The notes under the pieces are model-generated. The model saw only the letters and a program-made list of their open reading frames with translations, was not told where the DNA came from and did no database searches. A DNA stretch of 62,226 nucleotides, the filler included, from Chiloscyllium plagiosum (taxonomy: Eukaryota), in assembly GCF_004010195.1 (NCBI RefSeq). It is 4 parts of one record of this genome, joined end to end, with 100 filler letters (N's around TTAATTAATTAA, not from the genome) between each part and the next. Parts side by side here need not be neighbours in the genome. Positions count along the whole stretch, not along the records: positions 1 to 17,877 come from NC_057713.1; 3 more parts are not named here. One strand, 5' to 3'. How positions within the stretch are numbered: the stretch's first letter is position 1; every line of letters starts with the position of its first letter. A program made the translations under genes and the position numbers. Shown here piece after piece: positions 1 through 13,573 of the stretch.

Positions 1-828
1 AATGGGCTGAGAAGTGGCAGATGGAGTTTAATTCAGATAAATGCGAGGTGCTGCATTTTGGGAAAGCAAACCTTAGCAGGACTTATACATTTAATGGTAA
101 GGTCCTAGGGGGTGTTGCTGAACAAAGAGACCTTGGAGTGCAGGTTCGTAGCTTCTTGAAAGTGGAGTTGCAGGTAGATAGGATAGTGAAGAAGGCGTTT
201 GGTATGCTTTCCTTTATTGGTCAGAATATTGAGTACAGGAGTTGGGAGGTCATGTTGTGGCTGTACAGGACATTGGTTAGGCCACCGTTTGAGTATTGCA
301 TGCAATTCTGGTCTCCTTCCTATCGGAAAGATGTTGTGAAACTTGAAATGGTTCAGAAAAGACTTATAAGGATGTTGTCAGGGTTGGAGGTTCTGAGCTA
401 CAGGGAGAGGCTGAACAAGCTGGGGCTGTTTTCCCTGGAGCATCAGAGGCTGAGGGGTGACCTTATAGAGGTTTACAAAATTATGAGGGGCATGGATAGG
501 ATAAATAGACAAAGTCTTCTGTCTGGGATCTGGGAGTCCAAAACTAGAGGGCATAGGTTTAGGGTGAGAGGGGAAAAATATAAAAGAGACCTAAGGGGCA
601 ACTTTTTCACGCAGAGGATGGTACGTGTATGGAATGAGCTGCCAGAGGATGTGGTGGAGGCTGGTACAATTGCAACATTTAGGAGGCATTTGGATGGGTA
701 TATGAATAGGAAGGGTTTTGGAGGGATATGGGCCGGGTGCTGGCAGGTGGGACTAGATTGGGTTGAGATATCTGGTCAGCATGGACAAAGGGTCTGTTTC
801 AATGCTGTACATCTCTCTGACTCTATTG
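1..828 (+). mobile_element. CR1-clade LINE (HER-like), 3' part of ORF2 plus 3' tail
   Basis: ORF 21-908 has CR1 RT C-terminal motifs (FNSDKCEVLHFG, RDLGV, LYRTLVRP.EYC.QFWSP, RLRGDLIEVYKIM, FFTQRMVRVWNELP). Ends in the tgactcta tail shared with other copies. Confidence 0.93.
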
Positions 829-1400
829 TCTGTTCTTTTCACCAGTCTGTCCGTATCCTCCTGAAGTTGTTACACTTTCCTCATTGTTTACTGCATTTAA
901 GGTTCTGATTCAAATGCAAACTTTAGATGAATACCTTCTATACCCAAGTTCAGGTTTGTAATGTACAGAAAAGAATATTGTTTCCAGCAATTATCCATAC
1001 TGTTTCATTTGTGTATGTCCAGTGGTTTTGTTTCAGTGGTAGTGTGTTATGAGTAGTTTCCCCATTTATTATGGATTGGATTTTGTACTTGCCCATGGTT
1101 GAGTTGAGTGGAATTCAAAACAAAAGTTAAGAAATAGAAAAAAATGCTTGTTGCAGTAACTAGACTGTACAACTGTATTTTATCAAAATAATGTTAACAT
1201 TAAAATCTTTAGAATAAAACTTGCACAAAAGAGTTGATGTATATTTTGCTGTGTTTTATTGGCATATCTAATTGCTGTTATGTGTTAAGTAGAAAATATA
1301 TTTTAAAAGAATACGTTTAAAACAACCAAAGGAAATATTTCCACCCCCTCCAAATGCTGTTCACCGGTATTGTTTGAAGTTTTTAATCTTTACTTTATAG

Positions 1401-1592
1401 ATGCTGGTTCCATTCCAAGGTGCATCTGTTGAAGTAGAGGAGAATACAGATTTACCAGACTACTTGCCTGAAGATGAGAGTCCTGCAAAGGATGAGGACA
1501 ATGCTGTGTCCCGTGTTGGGAGTAAGCAGGAAGTTGGTGGTGGCTGGTTTAGTACAGCAGCAAACTTTTTATCAAGGTCATTTTATTGGTGA
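1401..1592 (+). CDS. Terminal coding exon of an unidentified host gene (phase 0; MLVPFQG...[18 protein letters not shown])
   Basis: Strong acceptor tttttaatctttactttatag| at 1400. The other two frames stop within 12 codons. Unique, protein-like acidic sequence. TGA at 1590-1592 is followed by a long AT-rich repeat-free UTR-like tract. Confidence 0.8.
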   Translation: MLVPFQGASVEVEENTDLPDYLPEDESPAKDEDNAVSRVGSKQEVGGGWFSTAANFLSRSFYW

Positions 1593-2650
1593 CAGGTGGT
1601 TGTAGCCGCGCCGGACTTGGGTATGAGTAGGACTGTGGAAACAGGGAGCCTGTTTTCCCATTGTTGTGATGAATTGTCAAGTGCAATTTGCAGTAATGCA
1701 GAAACAGTTTATAGAGGCTTTTTCACATACTGCGTTTTCACTAAAATGAAAAGTTAAGCCATCATCAATAGAAGACATCCCTTCTGCCTTTATAATTTAA
1801 ATTGACTCACAATCATGTGTTTTATTATTTTCTTCCAATGGCTCCACATCAATACCAAATGACATGAAAAGTGAAGCTTAAACCAGAGTTTGGATGGATT
1901 CTTCTGCAGCATCCTACATCGGCTACCCACGTTCAGCTCTATCACTTGAATGTTGTACAGAAAATCTCATTGTTAATATAAAGAGTATTGTGCATGAATT
2001 ATGCCTTTTTTTGATGTTACATATCTCAATGACATTTCAAGTACTTGCAGTTTGCTTGAGACCTAAAGGATTGCATACATATGCCTTAATTTCTCTGTTC
2101 AAATTCTAAAGCCTTCATTACATATGCCTTTCTGGTTTCTGTTTCCATCTGAATGCTGAAGTTTATTATGCTTATTGGTGCAGCTTATTCTTGAAACTTA
2201 TTAATATTCAGTCTCTTCTGTACATAAATGTTGCACCCTGGTCAATGTACAGCGTGCTGACTTTTAATCTGATTTTGCAACAGTAAAGGAAAACTGTCAA
2301 AGCCTATTCACTGCACTTTGAGTACTCAATGTCTTGCTGTTACAATGCAACGTTTTGTTTTATTGTCAGATGACATGTATTAAAACAATGGATAATTTGA
2401 CATTTGAAATGTTTGAGGTGATAGCTATGTACAATATTCAGCATATAAATCTTTGTTATTAATTTACATTCATGTAATTAACATTTAGTTTGTGCCAATA
2501 GCCTGTATGTTCCACTGTGTGTCTACATTTTCCATTAAACCTATTGTATATGGACTACATTTCCACATTTCAAAAGATGAGTTTCTTAATATTATGTCAT
2601 TTCTGCACACTTTCTCATACATTTTAGGAACAAGTACTCTATTAAACTTA
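1593..2650 (+). other. Probable 3' UTR of the + strand gene, with candidate ATTAAA poly(A) signals (2379, 2534, 2641)
   Basis: AT-rich, repeat-free sequence after the stop codon. The true 3' end cannot be determined. Confidence 0.5.
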
Positions 2651-3469
2651 ATACCCTGAAAGCAGGTTCCCACTCGTACTCTCTTCAGTCTTGTAAATCA
2701 TTTGAAATGAAAAATAATCTGCATTTCTGCCTGGCACTGATCAGTTGGTCTGGTAAGTGCAGTACGTATGAAAAGATGTTAATTAATCACTGGGAGGACA
2801 TGACCAACAATTTGTAAAGGAGGTTATAGATATAGCCTGTAATCTGGCTTTTAAGTTTTATTTTCACTGTAGTTTTGGGCGAAAATAGTGATGAAATCCA
2901 AAATCATTGATTTATGTTTAAGTTAATTTAAATTGCCGAACTGCATATCCTTTTCCTGAAATTATGCACCAGTGCGTTTCTATGCTGTCACTTGGAATTG
3001 TTATATTTCCAGTTTTGTTTTAGATGAAGCTGACTATTTTTAACTTTTCTGGTACAATACTTATTCTGTAATTATTTTCACAAATTTCATTTCATTTTAT
3101 TTTCTCCCCTATGGAAGAATGACATAACCATTTTATAAGCTGAGAATACTGTCATTGCCAGGCCAGTTTTTGTGTTGTATTATGCGGTGATTCGGTATTT
3201 AGGCATTTACATCTGTTTGAGCAGACCAAGACTCCTTTTTAGTACAAGTTCAAAATTGATCAACACCATCTACAGTACTTTAGTTACGGTTTCGATATAA
3301 GTGCAACACGTTTTGAGAAATAGCAGAAGCATAAGAGCTGTAAATGCCCCCGGTGTCCCAGAGATCGATGTCAAGATTGTATGCCCATAGTTCTGGCATG
3401 TGCGTGATCTCAACATGTGCATTTTGAGCTTATGTTCTTTGTAATTTTGCATCAAGTTCCAGGTTAGAA

Positions 3470-4715
3470 CGATGGAAATGATACAGCAGAGAATGGAGTC
3501 AATGGCCCATCCTGTCTGTGCCAACCCAAAGACACCATATGCCCTTTTTAACTCCATCTTTCTGCACACAGCCCATTGTCCTGCATTTTGCAGTACTTAA
3601 AGTGCAGATCCAGGTACTTTCTATACGGACTTCAGAGTATCTGTCTTTAGCACCATCTCAGCAAATTCCAGGCACCCACCACCTTCATGTTTAAAAAAAA
3701 GTTTTTCCTCATATCCCCTCTAATCCTTCTGACACAACCTCAATCTATGACCCTTGGTTTTTCAACCTTCTGCAAAGGGATTCTGGTTCCTTCTGTCTAC
3801 TCTATATCTAGCCCTCAACCATGTCACCCCTCAGCCTTCTCTGTTCCAAAAATAACAACCCCAACCTCTCAAGCCTGGCAACATTCCAGTAAATCTTCTT
3901 TGCAGTCGCTCTGGAGTATTATGTCCTTTGTGTAATGTGGTCACCAGAACTGTGCACAATACTCGTGTTTTATAAAGTTTTCAGGATTGTATTCTGAATT
4001 TTGTATTCTCTACCTCTATCAATGAAGGAGAGTAATCCATTGAATTTTTTTACAACTCTATCTACCTGTACTGCTACCTTTAGGGACCTTTGCATATACA
4101 CACCATGATCTCTCACTTTGTCCCTCTCAGTATGTTCCCAGTTATTGTGCCTTGCCTTTTATTGTTTGACCTCTAAATGCATTACTTCACACTAGTTGAA
4201 CTCCATCTGCCTCTTTCCTGCCCAATCCTTGAATCCAGTTGTGAGGGGAATAAAAAAAAAGTTCATAGAGATTGAACAGTTAAATGTCAGGCAAAACATT
4301 GGCAAATGGAGGATAATGAGGGCAAATGTAAAGCTATAGAGTTAGTCATACAGCATAGAAACATAGCTTTTGGTTCAACCAGTCCACACTCCCAAACTAA
4401 ACTAGTCCCACTGCCTGTGTTTGGCCCATATCCCTCCAAGCCTTTCCACTTCATGAACCTCCCCAGATGTCTTTTAAATGTCATAACTGTAGCTGCATCT
4501 ACCACTTAGGCAGTTTATTCCACACATGAACCACCTTATGTGTGTAAAAAAAAAAGTCTCATGTCTTTTTAAAATTTTTGTCCTCTCATCTTAAATATGT
4601 CCCCTAGTTTTGAACTTTCCACCCTAGGGAAAAGACCCTTGTCATTCACGTTATCAATGCCCCTCATGATTTTAACAACCTCAAAAAAGGTCACCCTTTA
4701 ACCTCCTATGCTCTA
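3470..4715 (-). mobile_element. Degraded CR1 LINE fragments
   Basis: Minus-strand ORF 4287-4505 (MVDAATVMTFKRHLGRFMKWKGLEGYGP) and upstream decayed CR1-like sequence. Confidence 0.75.
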
Positions 4716-6039
4716 AACTATTTATAAAACCTCTTTATTCTGTCATTTTGCTTAACTATGAACTTTAAATCTGCTCTTTGCTTTCCTAATTTCGTTTTTA
4801 AATTCACTCCGTCTTTTACTCTTCTAGGTTTTCTACCATATTGAGCTGTCGGTGACTGACCTGTTACTGTTGCCTTATCTTAACCTGCATGCTTCTTTGA
4901 GATCCTAGGCTGTAGATTAGGGAGGATCATCCATAATCATTGTGGAAACATACTTGTCTTGAATGCTTACAATCTCCGTGAATGCCTTCTACTGCCCTGC
5001 TAATAATTTGTTTCAAGTAGCTGTTTCCAGTCCCCATTTTAAAAAGTTGTATCTCAGCTTTGTAAAATTGGCTTCTCCCTATTTAAGAACTTTCATTCCT
5101 GGTCTTTCTTTAGCCTTTTTTGTAAAAACATGAAATCTAATTGAATTCTGATCTCTCCAACACAAAATGCTCCCTCACTGACATCCTTTCTGCCTGCCTA
5201 GCTTAATTCCCTAACACTAAAATTAAGTCCAGAACTATTTCTCCTGTTGTGCTAGTTAAATACTAACGCAACAAACTCTCGTGAATGTATTTTAAGGACT
5301 CTGTCCCCCTATATCTTAAGTTGGTTCTATCCCAGTTAACATCAGAGTGGTCAAAATTCCCCTTATTGTTTCAGTTCTTCTCGCACATTTGGTAACCAGT
5401 TTGCTCACCTGTCTCCCACTGGCTGTTAGTAGACCTTGTGTACACACTCTGACTCAGTTTTTCCCCTTTTGTGTTCTTCAGTTCAAGCCAAATGGCCAAA
5501 TTTGATTTCCTTTCTAGTGTATAATCTCTCCTGACAACTTCATTGTTTCTTTTGCCACTGTTGCTACCCTCTTTTTTTTTTTAAACCCCCTCTCTGCACC
5601 TTGTTTGAAAATCCTGTTAAGAATGCTGAATTGGCATTTCTGCCCCTCTGTAAGCCAAGTTTTAGTCATACTTCTAAGGGCTTACCTGTTGTCTCAGCTC
5701 ATCAGTCATAATTCCTTCATCTACGTTTTAGCCTTTCTTTCTTCTGCCTTCCACAGTCAGTTGTAAAGTTGCTTTTACCCATTTACAACTTTGCTTCTGA
5801 ATCTATGCTCAGGTTTCCAATCCACTGCTGAGCTTGTTTAGACACTGTCCGGCAAACCATGCAAATTGGACCCTATTATATTGGTCCCATTCTGTACAAG
5901 GGGAAACCTTTTGTTTTTAGACGTCCAATCTCTTTCAGAACTGACCCAAAAACCAAGGAAATCTAAAGCCCTGCCTCAAGCCCAATGACTCGAACCATAC
6001 GTCCATTTGTACTAACCTACTGTATCTATAGTGGGACCG

Positions 6040-6610
6040 TAAGCAATAGGACCACGAGTGGGCCATTTGGCCCCTTGAACCTTCTATGCTATTCAATAGG
6101 ATCAGGGTTGATATGTCACTTTTGTTCCTTTTTTCCCTTGATTCCTCTACTGATCAAGAGTCTAACTCTCTCAGCCTTAAATACGCTCAAGGTCTTTGCC
6201 CTCACAGCTCTCTGTGGCAGGAAATTACAAAGATACTCAACCCTCAAAGGAAAAATATCCTCCTCCTCTCCGTTTGAGAATATGACCTCTGGTCCCAGAT
6301 CCTTGCAATAGGGAAAACATCCTCTCAGCATTGACCCTGTCAAGCTCCTTAAGAATCTGATATGTTTCAATGAGATCCCCTCTCATTGTTCTTAACTCTA
6401 GGGAGTAGAGTCCCAACCTGCTTGACCTTTGCTCGCAAGGCAATATCTCCATCTTGGGGATCATCGTAGTGAACCTTCTCTGAACGACCTCCAATGAAAT
6501 GACATCCTTCCTTGGACAAGGAACTGAAACTGCTCACAGTGCTCCAGGTGTGATCTCACCAGCTCCTTGTACAATCACATTAAGACTTCCTTTCTCTTAT
6601 ATACCAACCC
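6040..6610 (-). mobile_element. CR1 LINE 3' fragment
   Basis: EVVQRRFTTMIP...RLGLYSLELRTMRGDLIETYQIL motifs on the minus strand. Confidence 0.85.
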
Positions 6611-6612
6611 CA

Positions 6613-6915
6613 GCGGCACGTGGTAAGCACTGCTGCCTCACAGCGGCAGAGACCCGGGTTCAATTCCCGCCTCAGGCGACTGACTGGAGTTTGCATGTTC
6701 TCCCCGTGTCTGTGGGGGTTTCCTCTGGATGCTCTGGTTCCTCCCACAGTCCAAAGATGTGCAGGTCAGGTGAATTGGCCATGCTAAATTGTCCGTAGTG
6801 TTAGGTAAAGAGTAAATGTAGGGGTATGGATAGGTTGCGCTTTGGCAGGGCGGTGTGGACTTGTTGGGCTGAAGGGCCTGTTTCCACACTGTAAGTAATC
6901 TAATCTAATCTAATC
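6613..6915 (+). mobile_element. HE1-type V-SINE (tRNA-derived)
   Basis: A/B boxes (tggtaagcac...gggttcaattccc), V-core (tggagtttgcatgttctccccgtgtctg...cccacagtccaaagatgtgc), LINE-derived tail and (taatc)n end. Confidence 0.9.
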
Positions 6916-7310
6916 AGTGTGCTATGTAAATGAGCCAGTAGTGAGACCATAAAATGTTGAAGCAGAAGTAGACTATTTGACCCATCAAGTCTGTTTTCTT
7001 ATTCAATGAGAGCAGTCAATTTGATCATTCAATTCCATGTCTCTGCCTTATCCCCATAACCCATGATTCCTTTTACTGATAGACCGATGTTAATCTCCAT
7101 CTTGAATATCCTTAACTCCACAACCCTGTGTGGTAAAGAAAGCCTCGTATTTACCAATTTCTGAATGAATGACTCCTTACTTTGAGATTATGACTTCTGG
7201 TCCCAGCCTGTCCTCCATCTTTCTGCATCTAGCATGTCAAATCCCGAAAGGATCTGATCTGTTTCATAAGTCTCCTTTCATCCTTCCCAATTCCAATGTC
7301 CACAAGCTTG

Positions 7311-7500
7311 GTTGGCACAGTGGTTAGCACTGCTGCCCTACAGCACCAGGGACCTGGTTTAGATCCCATCCTCGGGTGACTGATTGTGTGGAGTTTATAC
7401 TTTCACCCTGTGTCAATGTCCGTTTCTGCTGGGTGCTCTGGTTTCCTCCCCCAGTCCAAATTAGTGCAGGTTAGGTGGATTGGCCATGCTAAATGGGGGC
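7311..7500 (+). mobile_element. HE1-type SINE, partial and diverged
   Basis: Same tRNA head and V-core as 6613-6915. Confidence 0.8.
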
Positions 7501-7555
7501 TACAGGATTGGACCTCCAACCCATTGACAAATACCTAGCAGATGAATTGCAATGT

Positions 7556-7812
7556 CTGAGTGGAAAAGTGTGGCACTGGAAAAGCACGACAGGTCAGGCA
7601 GCATCTGAGAAGCAGAAGAGTCAACATTTTGGGCATAAGCCCTTCAGCAGGAATATGGTGGAGGAGGCTGAAGGGGGCTGAGAGCTATAGGTCTTGGTGG
7701 GGCTGTGGGGAAAATACCTGGGAAGGCGATAGGCAGATGCAGGTAGGAGGTGATTGTGATTGGTCGGTGGGAGGGTGGAGCAGATGGATGAGAAGGAAGT
7801 TGGACTGGATAA
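7556..7812 (-). mobile_element. Penelope-like element terminal fragment
   Basis: ctggaaaagcac..caggtcaggcagcatc..gggcataagcccttcagcagg, shared with the termini of the Penelope copy at 17108-18260. Confidence 0.7.
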
Positions 7813-10160
7813 TGTCTCTCTGAAATTGCTCAGCATCATCCTCGCAATTCATAATTTTCCCTAGCATTTCTAATTTGCTGACTAACCTGTCACATGACAC
7901 GATCAAGGTGACACAGCACTACCCTCATCCACTGCCTGTATCACCTCATCAAAGAACTCAATTAGATTTGTCAGACATGATCTGCCCTTGACCGAGCCGT
8001 GCTGTGGATAGTACACACGGGAGAGAGGAAGTGGATGTTTGTGGATGTGGAGCTAATCAAGTAGGCTGCTTTGCCCTGGTATTTATACAAATGCAAATTC
8101 CTCCACTGTTTTTCAAGCTCGTCCATATTGAATGTTTACAACTTGAGCTTAGGTCTACAATAGTATCTGTGGACTTGCTTCTTTTAAACTCATTGACAAT
8201 GTTATGTTGTGTTTACATGTTTTAGTAATTTTGTCCCATCTCCAAACTGACTTGTTATGGATTTTAGAAATTGCGATGTCAATATACTTGATGTTAAAAA
8301 TCTAGTCACTTCCATGATCTTATGTTTCGGTAGGAACCACGAAGATTTTAACATTTTTCAAAGGTGCCTTGTCCCTATTGTCTGGAATAAATCTTTTCAC
8401 TGCAACATGTCAGGCTGGGTGTATTATGAATGAAACAGTCATTTTGCAAATCTAGCCATTGTAACTGCAATTTAATAGCCCTCTCATAGAATGGTGAAAC
8501 CTACAACTACTCATTATTCAAGCCATTACAGTGAATGCTGGAGATGCCTAACAAAAAAATTATATCATTTAAAATTTTCAGTATGTTGAATATTCAACTT
8601 TGGTAAAAGGAATATGTTTTAAATAAAGATTTATAAATTTGGTAAGATAAGTTTGATTAAATACAGCTTCTTTTTTGTCGCAGTACTGTTCATCAGCAGA
8701 GGGCCTGATGGAGGTGATCTTTCTGCCTTGTATTGGAGGAGGTTGGTGGGATTGGACTGGCACTGAGTTCTCTCCTTAGGACAAATTGGTACGCAGCACT
8801 GGACTGGATTATTAAGCAGGTGCTGCTAATTGAATATGACAATGCAATCAAAACAAATATTAGTGTTTGCATGACAAAACTGTAGTGACAATTCTATGAA
8901 ATTTGCAAAGTTCTTCAACAGATGTGCAATGAAAGGACGCAAGATTGAACTGTAAATCTCCAATAGCTGTAAGATGAGGCTGAAAGTCAGAAGGTAGCAT
9001 TAAAGCACAAATTAGTCTGAAGTCTGGGTACATTGCCAAAATATTTTATAATAGGCTGATCACATGATTTTGCTCAACACACCACCCTGTTGCTTTTCTA
9101 ACTAAGGAGACCTTTGACCTGGGAATTGTCTCAGATGCACTCACTGCTTCAGTGCAGCCATTGGGTCACGCTGAAAAGGTTCAGTGGCAAATGCTGAGGA
9201 ACCTGTATCCAGTGGATATAGATTCTGCTCTCCCTGCTATGGTCTGAGCTTGTACCAGAAATGGCACTAGTGGGATTCCGAATTTTCAGTTGCACTGTGT
9301 AATAGTTTTCTCATTGGAAAGGGATGAGGTGTCTATCAGGAAAATTTGAAGAACTAGTGACAGATTCCAAAGTAAGTCCCTTGTGGTGCAGTGGCAGTAT
9401 CCCAATCTCTAGATGATCTGCTTCAGAGGTTTGTTGTCACAAGTATGTACATAGTTTCAAATGTTATATTCATTTTCAAGGTTGGTGCAGTGGGAGTGTC
9501 CCTACCTCTGGGTCAGGAGATTCAGGCCAAATCCCATTTACCCTGGCGGTGTGCCATATAACTCTGAACAGGATGATGTAAAATCAAAGCTCCAAAGTGA
9601 TTCTCATTAGAAGGTGGCATATACATGTTTTTGTTTCATTTTGTAGAAAAGGTTGATTTACTGTTTCCACGAATGAGCTTTGATTCCTGTATTGCAGAAA
9701 GCTAATCTTGATATTTACTTGAAATGTTGAACAAGGAAAAGAAGCAATTTGCAATTGGAATTTCCTGCGTAAGATGGGATCCAGCAGCAGAAAGTCTTTG
9801 ATCAGGAGACAGAAAGATATGAAAGGTAATAACTGCAACAAATTTGGACCACATTACAAGGTCGTGAGAATGGATATAATGGTACCTGATTCAATTTCCA
9901 TCTAAAGCATTTTTATAACAAGTCTTAATAGTTCCTGTAGGAGTTATTACAATATTAATTTCAGTGAATTGATTTCCCCAGTAATGGCAAAACTGGACCT
10001 ACAGTCTCAGTGCTCCCTAAAATATTCATATGCATGTGTGGACACATATATGTGTGTTTCTCTGTGTATGTCTGTTTTTGTGTGTGGGGGATAGGTCATC
10101 GAAATTACTCTCTGCATCATCTTTATGGACACAACACCACAACATCTGTATTCTGTACTA

Positions 10161-10460
10161 TTAGATTAGATTACTTAGTGTGGAAACAGACCCTTCGGCC
10201 CAACAAGTCCACACCGACCCTTCGAAGAGCAACCCACCCAGACCCATTTACCCCTTCACCTAACACTATAGGCAATTTAGCATGGCCAATTCACCTGACC
10301 TGCACATTTTTTTTGGACTGTGGGAGGAAACCGGAGCACCCGGAGGAAACCCACGCAGACAGGGGGAGAATGTGCAAACTCCACGCAGACAGTCACCTGA
10401 TGTGGGAATTGAACCTGGGTCTCTCTGGTGCTGTGAGGCAGCAGTGCTAGCCACTGTGCC
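10161..10460 (-). mobile_element. HE1-type V-SINE
   Basis: Reverse complement of the HE1 consensus seen at 6613, with (ttaga)n tail. Confidence 0.9.
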
Positions 10461-10970
10461 AGCCAGTTATTTATTGAAGGGGTGCTGCATTTAAATAGAG
10501 ACACAATTGTCACTCTATGGCATAGCTACCTGTGCAGTCTCCAGCAGCACCATTATAGAAATATTCACTTGTGGGGAATCAGAAATGGAGAGCGCGTAGG
10601 AACAGCGATAAAGCATTTTGACACTTGAGGCATGGATCAATGAGATCCTGGTTGATGTGAGAAAGGAGACCACCAAACACTCTGCTGAAGAACTAAGCAA
10701 TGATAAGGAGCCATAAGAGAAAGTGGGAGCAGAAACAGTTCAGGGGAGTTTGAGCACATACATTTAAAGTTTAAGAGGAGCACTAATGAATCAGCAGAGT
10801 TTTTCATTGGTAAATGGTAAAACTGCCTGATTGGAATAGTGGCAAGAATTCAACTATACTGCTCTGTAACCATGCATAGAATGTTTCGTAAACCAGCTGA
10901 AGATCATAAATAAAACCATTTCAGCAGAAGAAAGGAACAGAAATAGTCCATTTGGCCCTTTAAATCTGCA

Positions 10971-11186
10971 AAAGTGAGGGCTGCGGATGCTGGAGATTAG
11001 AGTCAAGATTAGAGTGGTGCTGGAAAAGCACAGCAGGTCAGGCAGCATCTGAGGAACAGGAAAATCAACGTTTCGGGCAAAAGCCCTTCAGGAATGAGGA
11101 AGGGCTTTTGCCCGAAACGTCAATTTTCCTGCTCCTCGGATGCTGCCTGATCTACTGTGCTTTTCCAGCACCACACTCTTGACTCT
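10971..11186. mobile_element. Penelope-derived inverted (palindromic) terminal-repeat element with hammerhead-like cores
   Basis: Imperfect inverted arms ~10999-11090 and ~11095-11186 around ...aagcccttca ggaa tgaggaagggcttttgcccgaaacgtc. Confidence 0.8.
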
Positions 11187-11654
11187 TATGTATGAACATG
11201 GTCTGTTTCAGAATCTGAGGAATTAAAAATAATTCAGTGATTCCTGATCATATCCCCTCTTTGAAATGGATTAATTCAAGACACGCAGCAGTGATTTTCA
11301 ACCAGTGATTAGAGCAGTGAGAATAGAAATTCAATATCATGTTTGGAGAACCGAAGTCTTGAGAACTGAAATAATCTACACTACAATAAAGAATTTTAAT
11401 GAAGCTACTAAGTAGTAACAGACAGGTACATGAATAGGAAAGGTTCAGAGGGGTATGGGCCAAAATGCAGGCAAATGGGGCTGGTTCCGTTTAGGAAACA
11501 AAACATGCTGGAAATCATAGTGGGTTAGGCAGCGTCCGTGGAGAGAGAGAGAGAGCTAATGTTTTGAGTCAAGATGACTCTTCATCAGAGTTCAGTTTAG
11601 GAAACCTGGTTGGCATGGGTGAGTTGTGCCGAAGGGTCTGTTTCCCTGCTGTTA

Positions 11655-11790
11655 TAACAGCATGGGTTCAATTTCTGGACAGACTGAGGTTACCATGAAG
11701 GACTCTCCTTCTCAACCTCTCTGCTCGCCTAAAATGTGGTGACCCTTGGGTTAAACCATCACCAGTTGTTGTTTTAAATGAGGGAGCAGC
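11655..11790 (+). mobile_element. Old tRNA-derived SINE (same family as 48470-48670)
   Basis: gggttcaattt B-box, then ctgaggttaccatgaag...ggttaaaccatcaccagttg, which recurs at 48510-48620. Confidence 0.6.
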
Positions 11791-12039
11791 TCTTCATTAC
11801 TAGTGAAGAGCTCATGCTCAAAACATCAACTCTCCTGCTCCTCAGATGCTGCCTGACCGGCTGTGCTTTTCCAGCACCACAATCCTCGAGTCAGATTTCT
11901 AGAGCATGTGAGGATGCTTTTGAAGTATCAGCCATTCATTTGTATAACAGGTATATGCAGTTCTTACATTGATTTTTTTTTACAATAGCAGTCTGGATTA
12001 AGAAATAGATAATTTCTTAAGTATCTATTTCTATAAACC

Positions 12040-12495
12040 CTGTTGCCAGGGTTGGAAGGTTTGAGCCATAGGGAGAGGCTGAACAGGGCTGGGGCTGTTT
12101 TCCCTGGAACATCAAAGACTGTGGGGTAATCTTATAGAGGTTTATAGAATCATGAGGTCCATGGATAGGGTTAAAAAGACAAGATCTTTTCCCCAAGGTG
12201 GGGGAGTCCAAAATTATAGCGCATAGGTTTAAGATGAGAGGGGAAAGATATAAAAAGGATATAAGGGGCAACATTTTCACGCAAAGGGTGGTGTGTGTAT
12301 AGCATGAGCTGCCAGAGGAAGTGGTGGAGGCTGGTACAATTACAGCATTGAAAAAAGTATTTGGATGGGTATATGAATAGGAAGAGTTTGGAGGGATATA
12401 GGCCAAGTGCTGGCAAATGGGACTAGATTGGGTTGAGATATCTGGCCGGTTGGACAGAAGAGTCAGTTTCCGTCCAATACATCTCGATGACTCTA
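12040..12495 (+). mobile_element. CR1 LINE 3' fragment
   Basis: Nucleotide match to 372-828. Confidence 0.88.
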
Positions 12496-12568
12496 ATAGC
12501 CAGATGATTATCCAAACAATGTGACCACCTCAGCCATTGTTATTGTGACTTTTCAACAGTAGCATATT

Positions 12569-13573
12569 GGATGTAAGTTTGCTCACTGAGCCTCTGGTGA
12601 AGTGCTGGTCTTATGTCCTGCTTTCCATTTATGTGTTTAGGTTTTCTTGGGTTAGTGATGTCATTTCCTGTTTTGCTGATGTCATCTCTGTTCTTTTTTT
12701 CTCAGAGGGTGGTCGATGGGGTCCAAGTCAATGTGTTTGTTGATAGAGTTCCGGTTAGAATACCTTGCTTTTCAGAATTCTCGTGCATGTCTCTGTTTGG
12801 CTTGTCCTAGGATGGATGTGTTGTCCCAGTCAAACTGGTGTCCTTTCTCATCTGTATGTGAGGATACTAGTGAGAGTGGGTCATGTCGTTTTGTGACTAG
12901 TTGATGTTCATGTATCCTGGTGGCTAGTTTTCTGCCTGTTTGTCCAATGTAGTGTTTGTTACAGTCCTTGCAAAGTATTTTGTAAATGACATGTATTTTG
13001 CTTGTTGTCTGTATCGGATCTTTCAAGTTCATTAGCTGCTGTTTTAGTGTGTTGGTGGGTTTGTGGGCTACCATGATGCCAAGGGGTCTGAGTAGTCTGG
13101 CAGTCATTTCTGAGATGTCTTTGATGTAGGGGAGAGTGGCTAGGGTTTCGGAGCGGGTTTTGTCTGCTTGTTTGGATTTGTTGCTCAGAAATCAGCAGAC
13201 TGTGTTCATTGGGTACCTGATCTGTTTGAATATGCTGTGTAAGTGATTTTCCTCTGCTCTGCGTAGTTCCTCTGTCCTGTAGTGTGTGGTGGCTTATTGA
13301 AATATGTTCTAATGCAGCTTTGTTTCTGGATGTTGGGATGATTGCTTCTGTAGAATTTGGCATTCCAAACTGAACTCTCTCAACAAACACATCGGAAACC
13401 CAAGGAAACCTAAACACATAAATAGAACGTGTGACATAACAGTAGTGCTTTACCGGAGGCTCACTGAAGGTGTTACTTAGTCTGGTGACGAAATGTCTGA
13501 AAACCAGCCTTCCAGTTCAGTGAGCAAACCTACATCCAGAACCTGAACCTGAGCTACAAATCTTCTCCAAACT
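12569..13573 (-). mobile_element. Penelope-like element fragment (GIY-YIG endonuclease) with inverted terminal repeat
   Basis: HVIYKILCKDCNKHYIGQTGRKLATRIHEH (GIY-YIG). 12569-12590 is inverted relative to ~13517-13538. Flanking 12-bp direct repeats cagtagcatatt (12557) and cagtaacatatt (13574). Confidence 0.88.

Noticed and set aside
21..908. 295-aa ORF as a host gene
   Set aside because: CR1 ORF2 C-terminus reading into flanking DNA, with many near-identical copies in the window.
6613..6680. tRNA genes at A/B-box motifs (also 30893, 49730)
   Set aside because: These are SINE heads followed by SINE core and tail sequence.
8684..8788. + strand exon-like segment with a good acceptor and gtacgc donor (similar case at 9647-9768)
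   Set aside because: Stops in the plausible frames and located downstream of the terminal exon. No support for coding, though a non-coding exon cannot be excluded.
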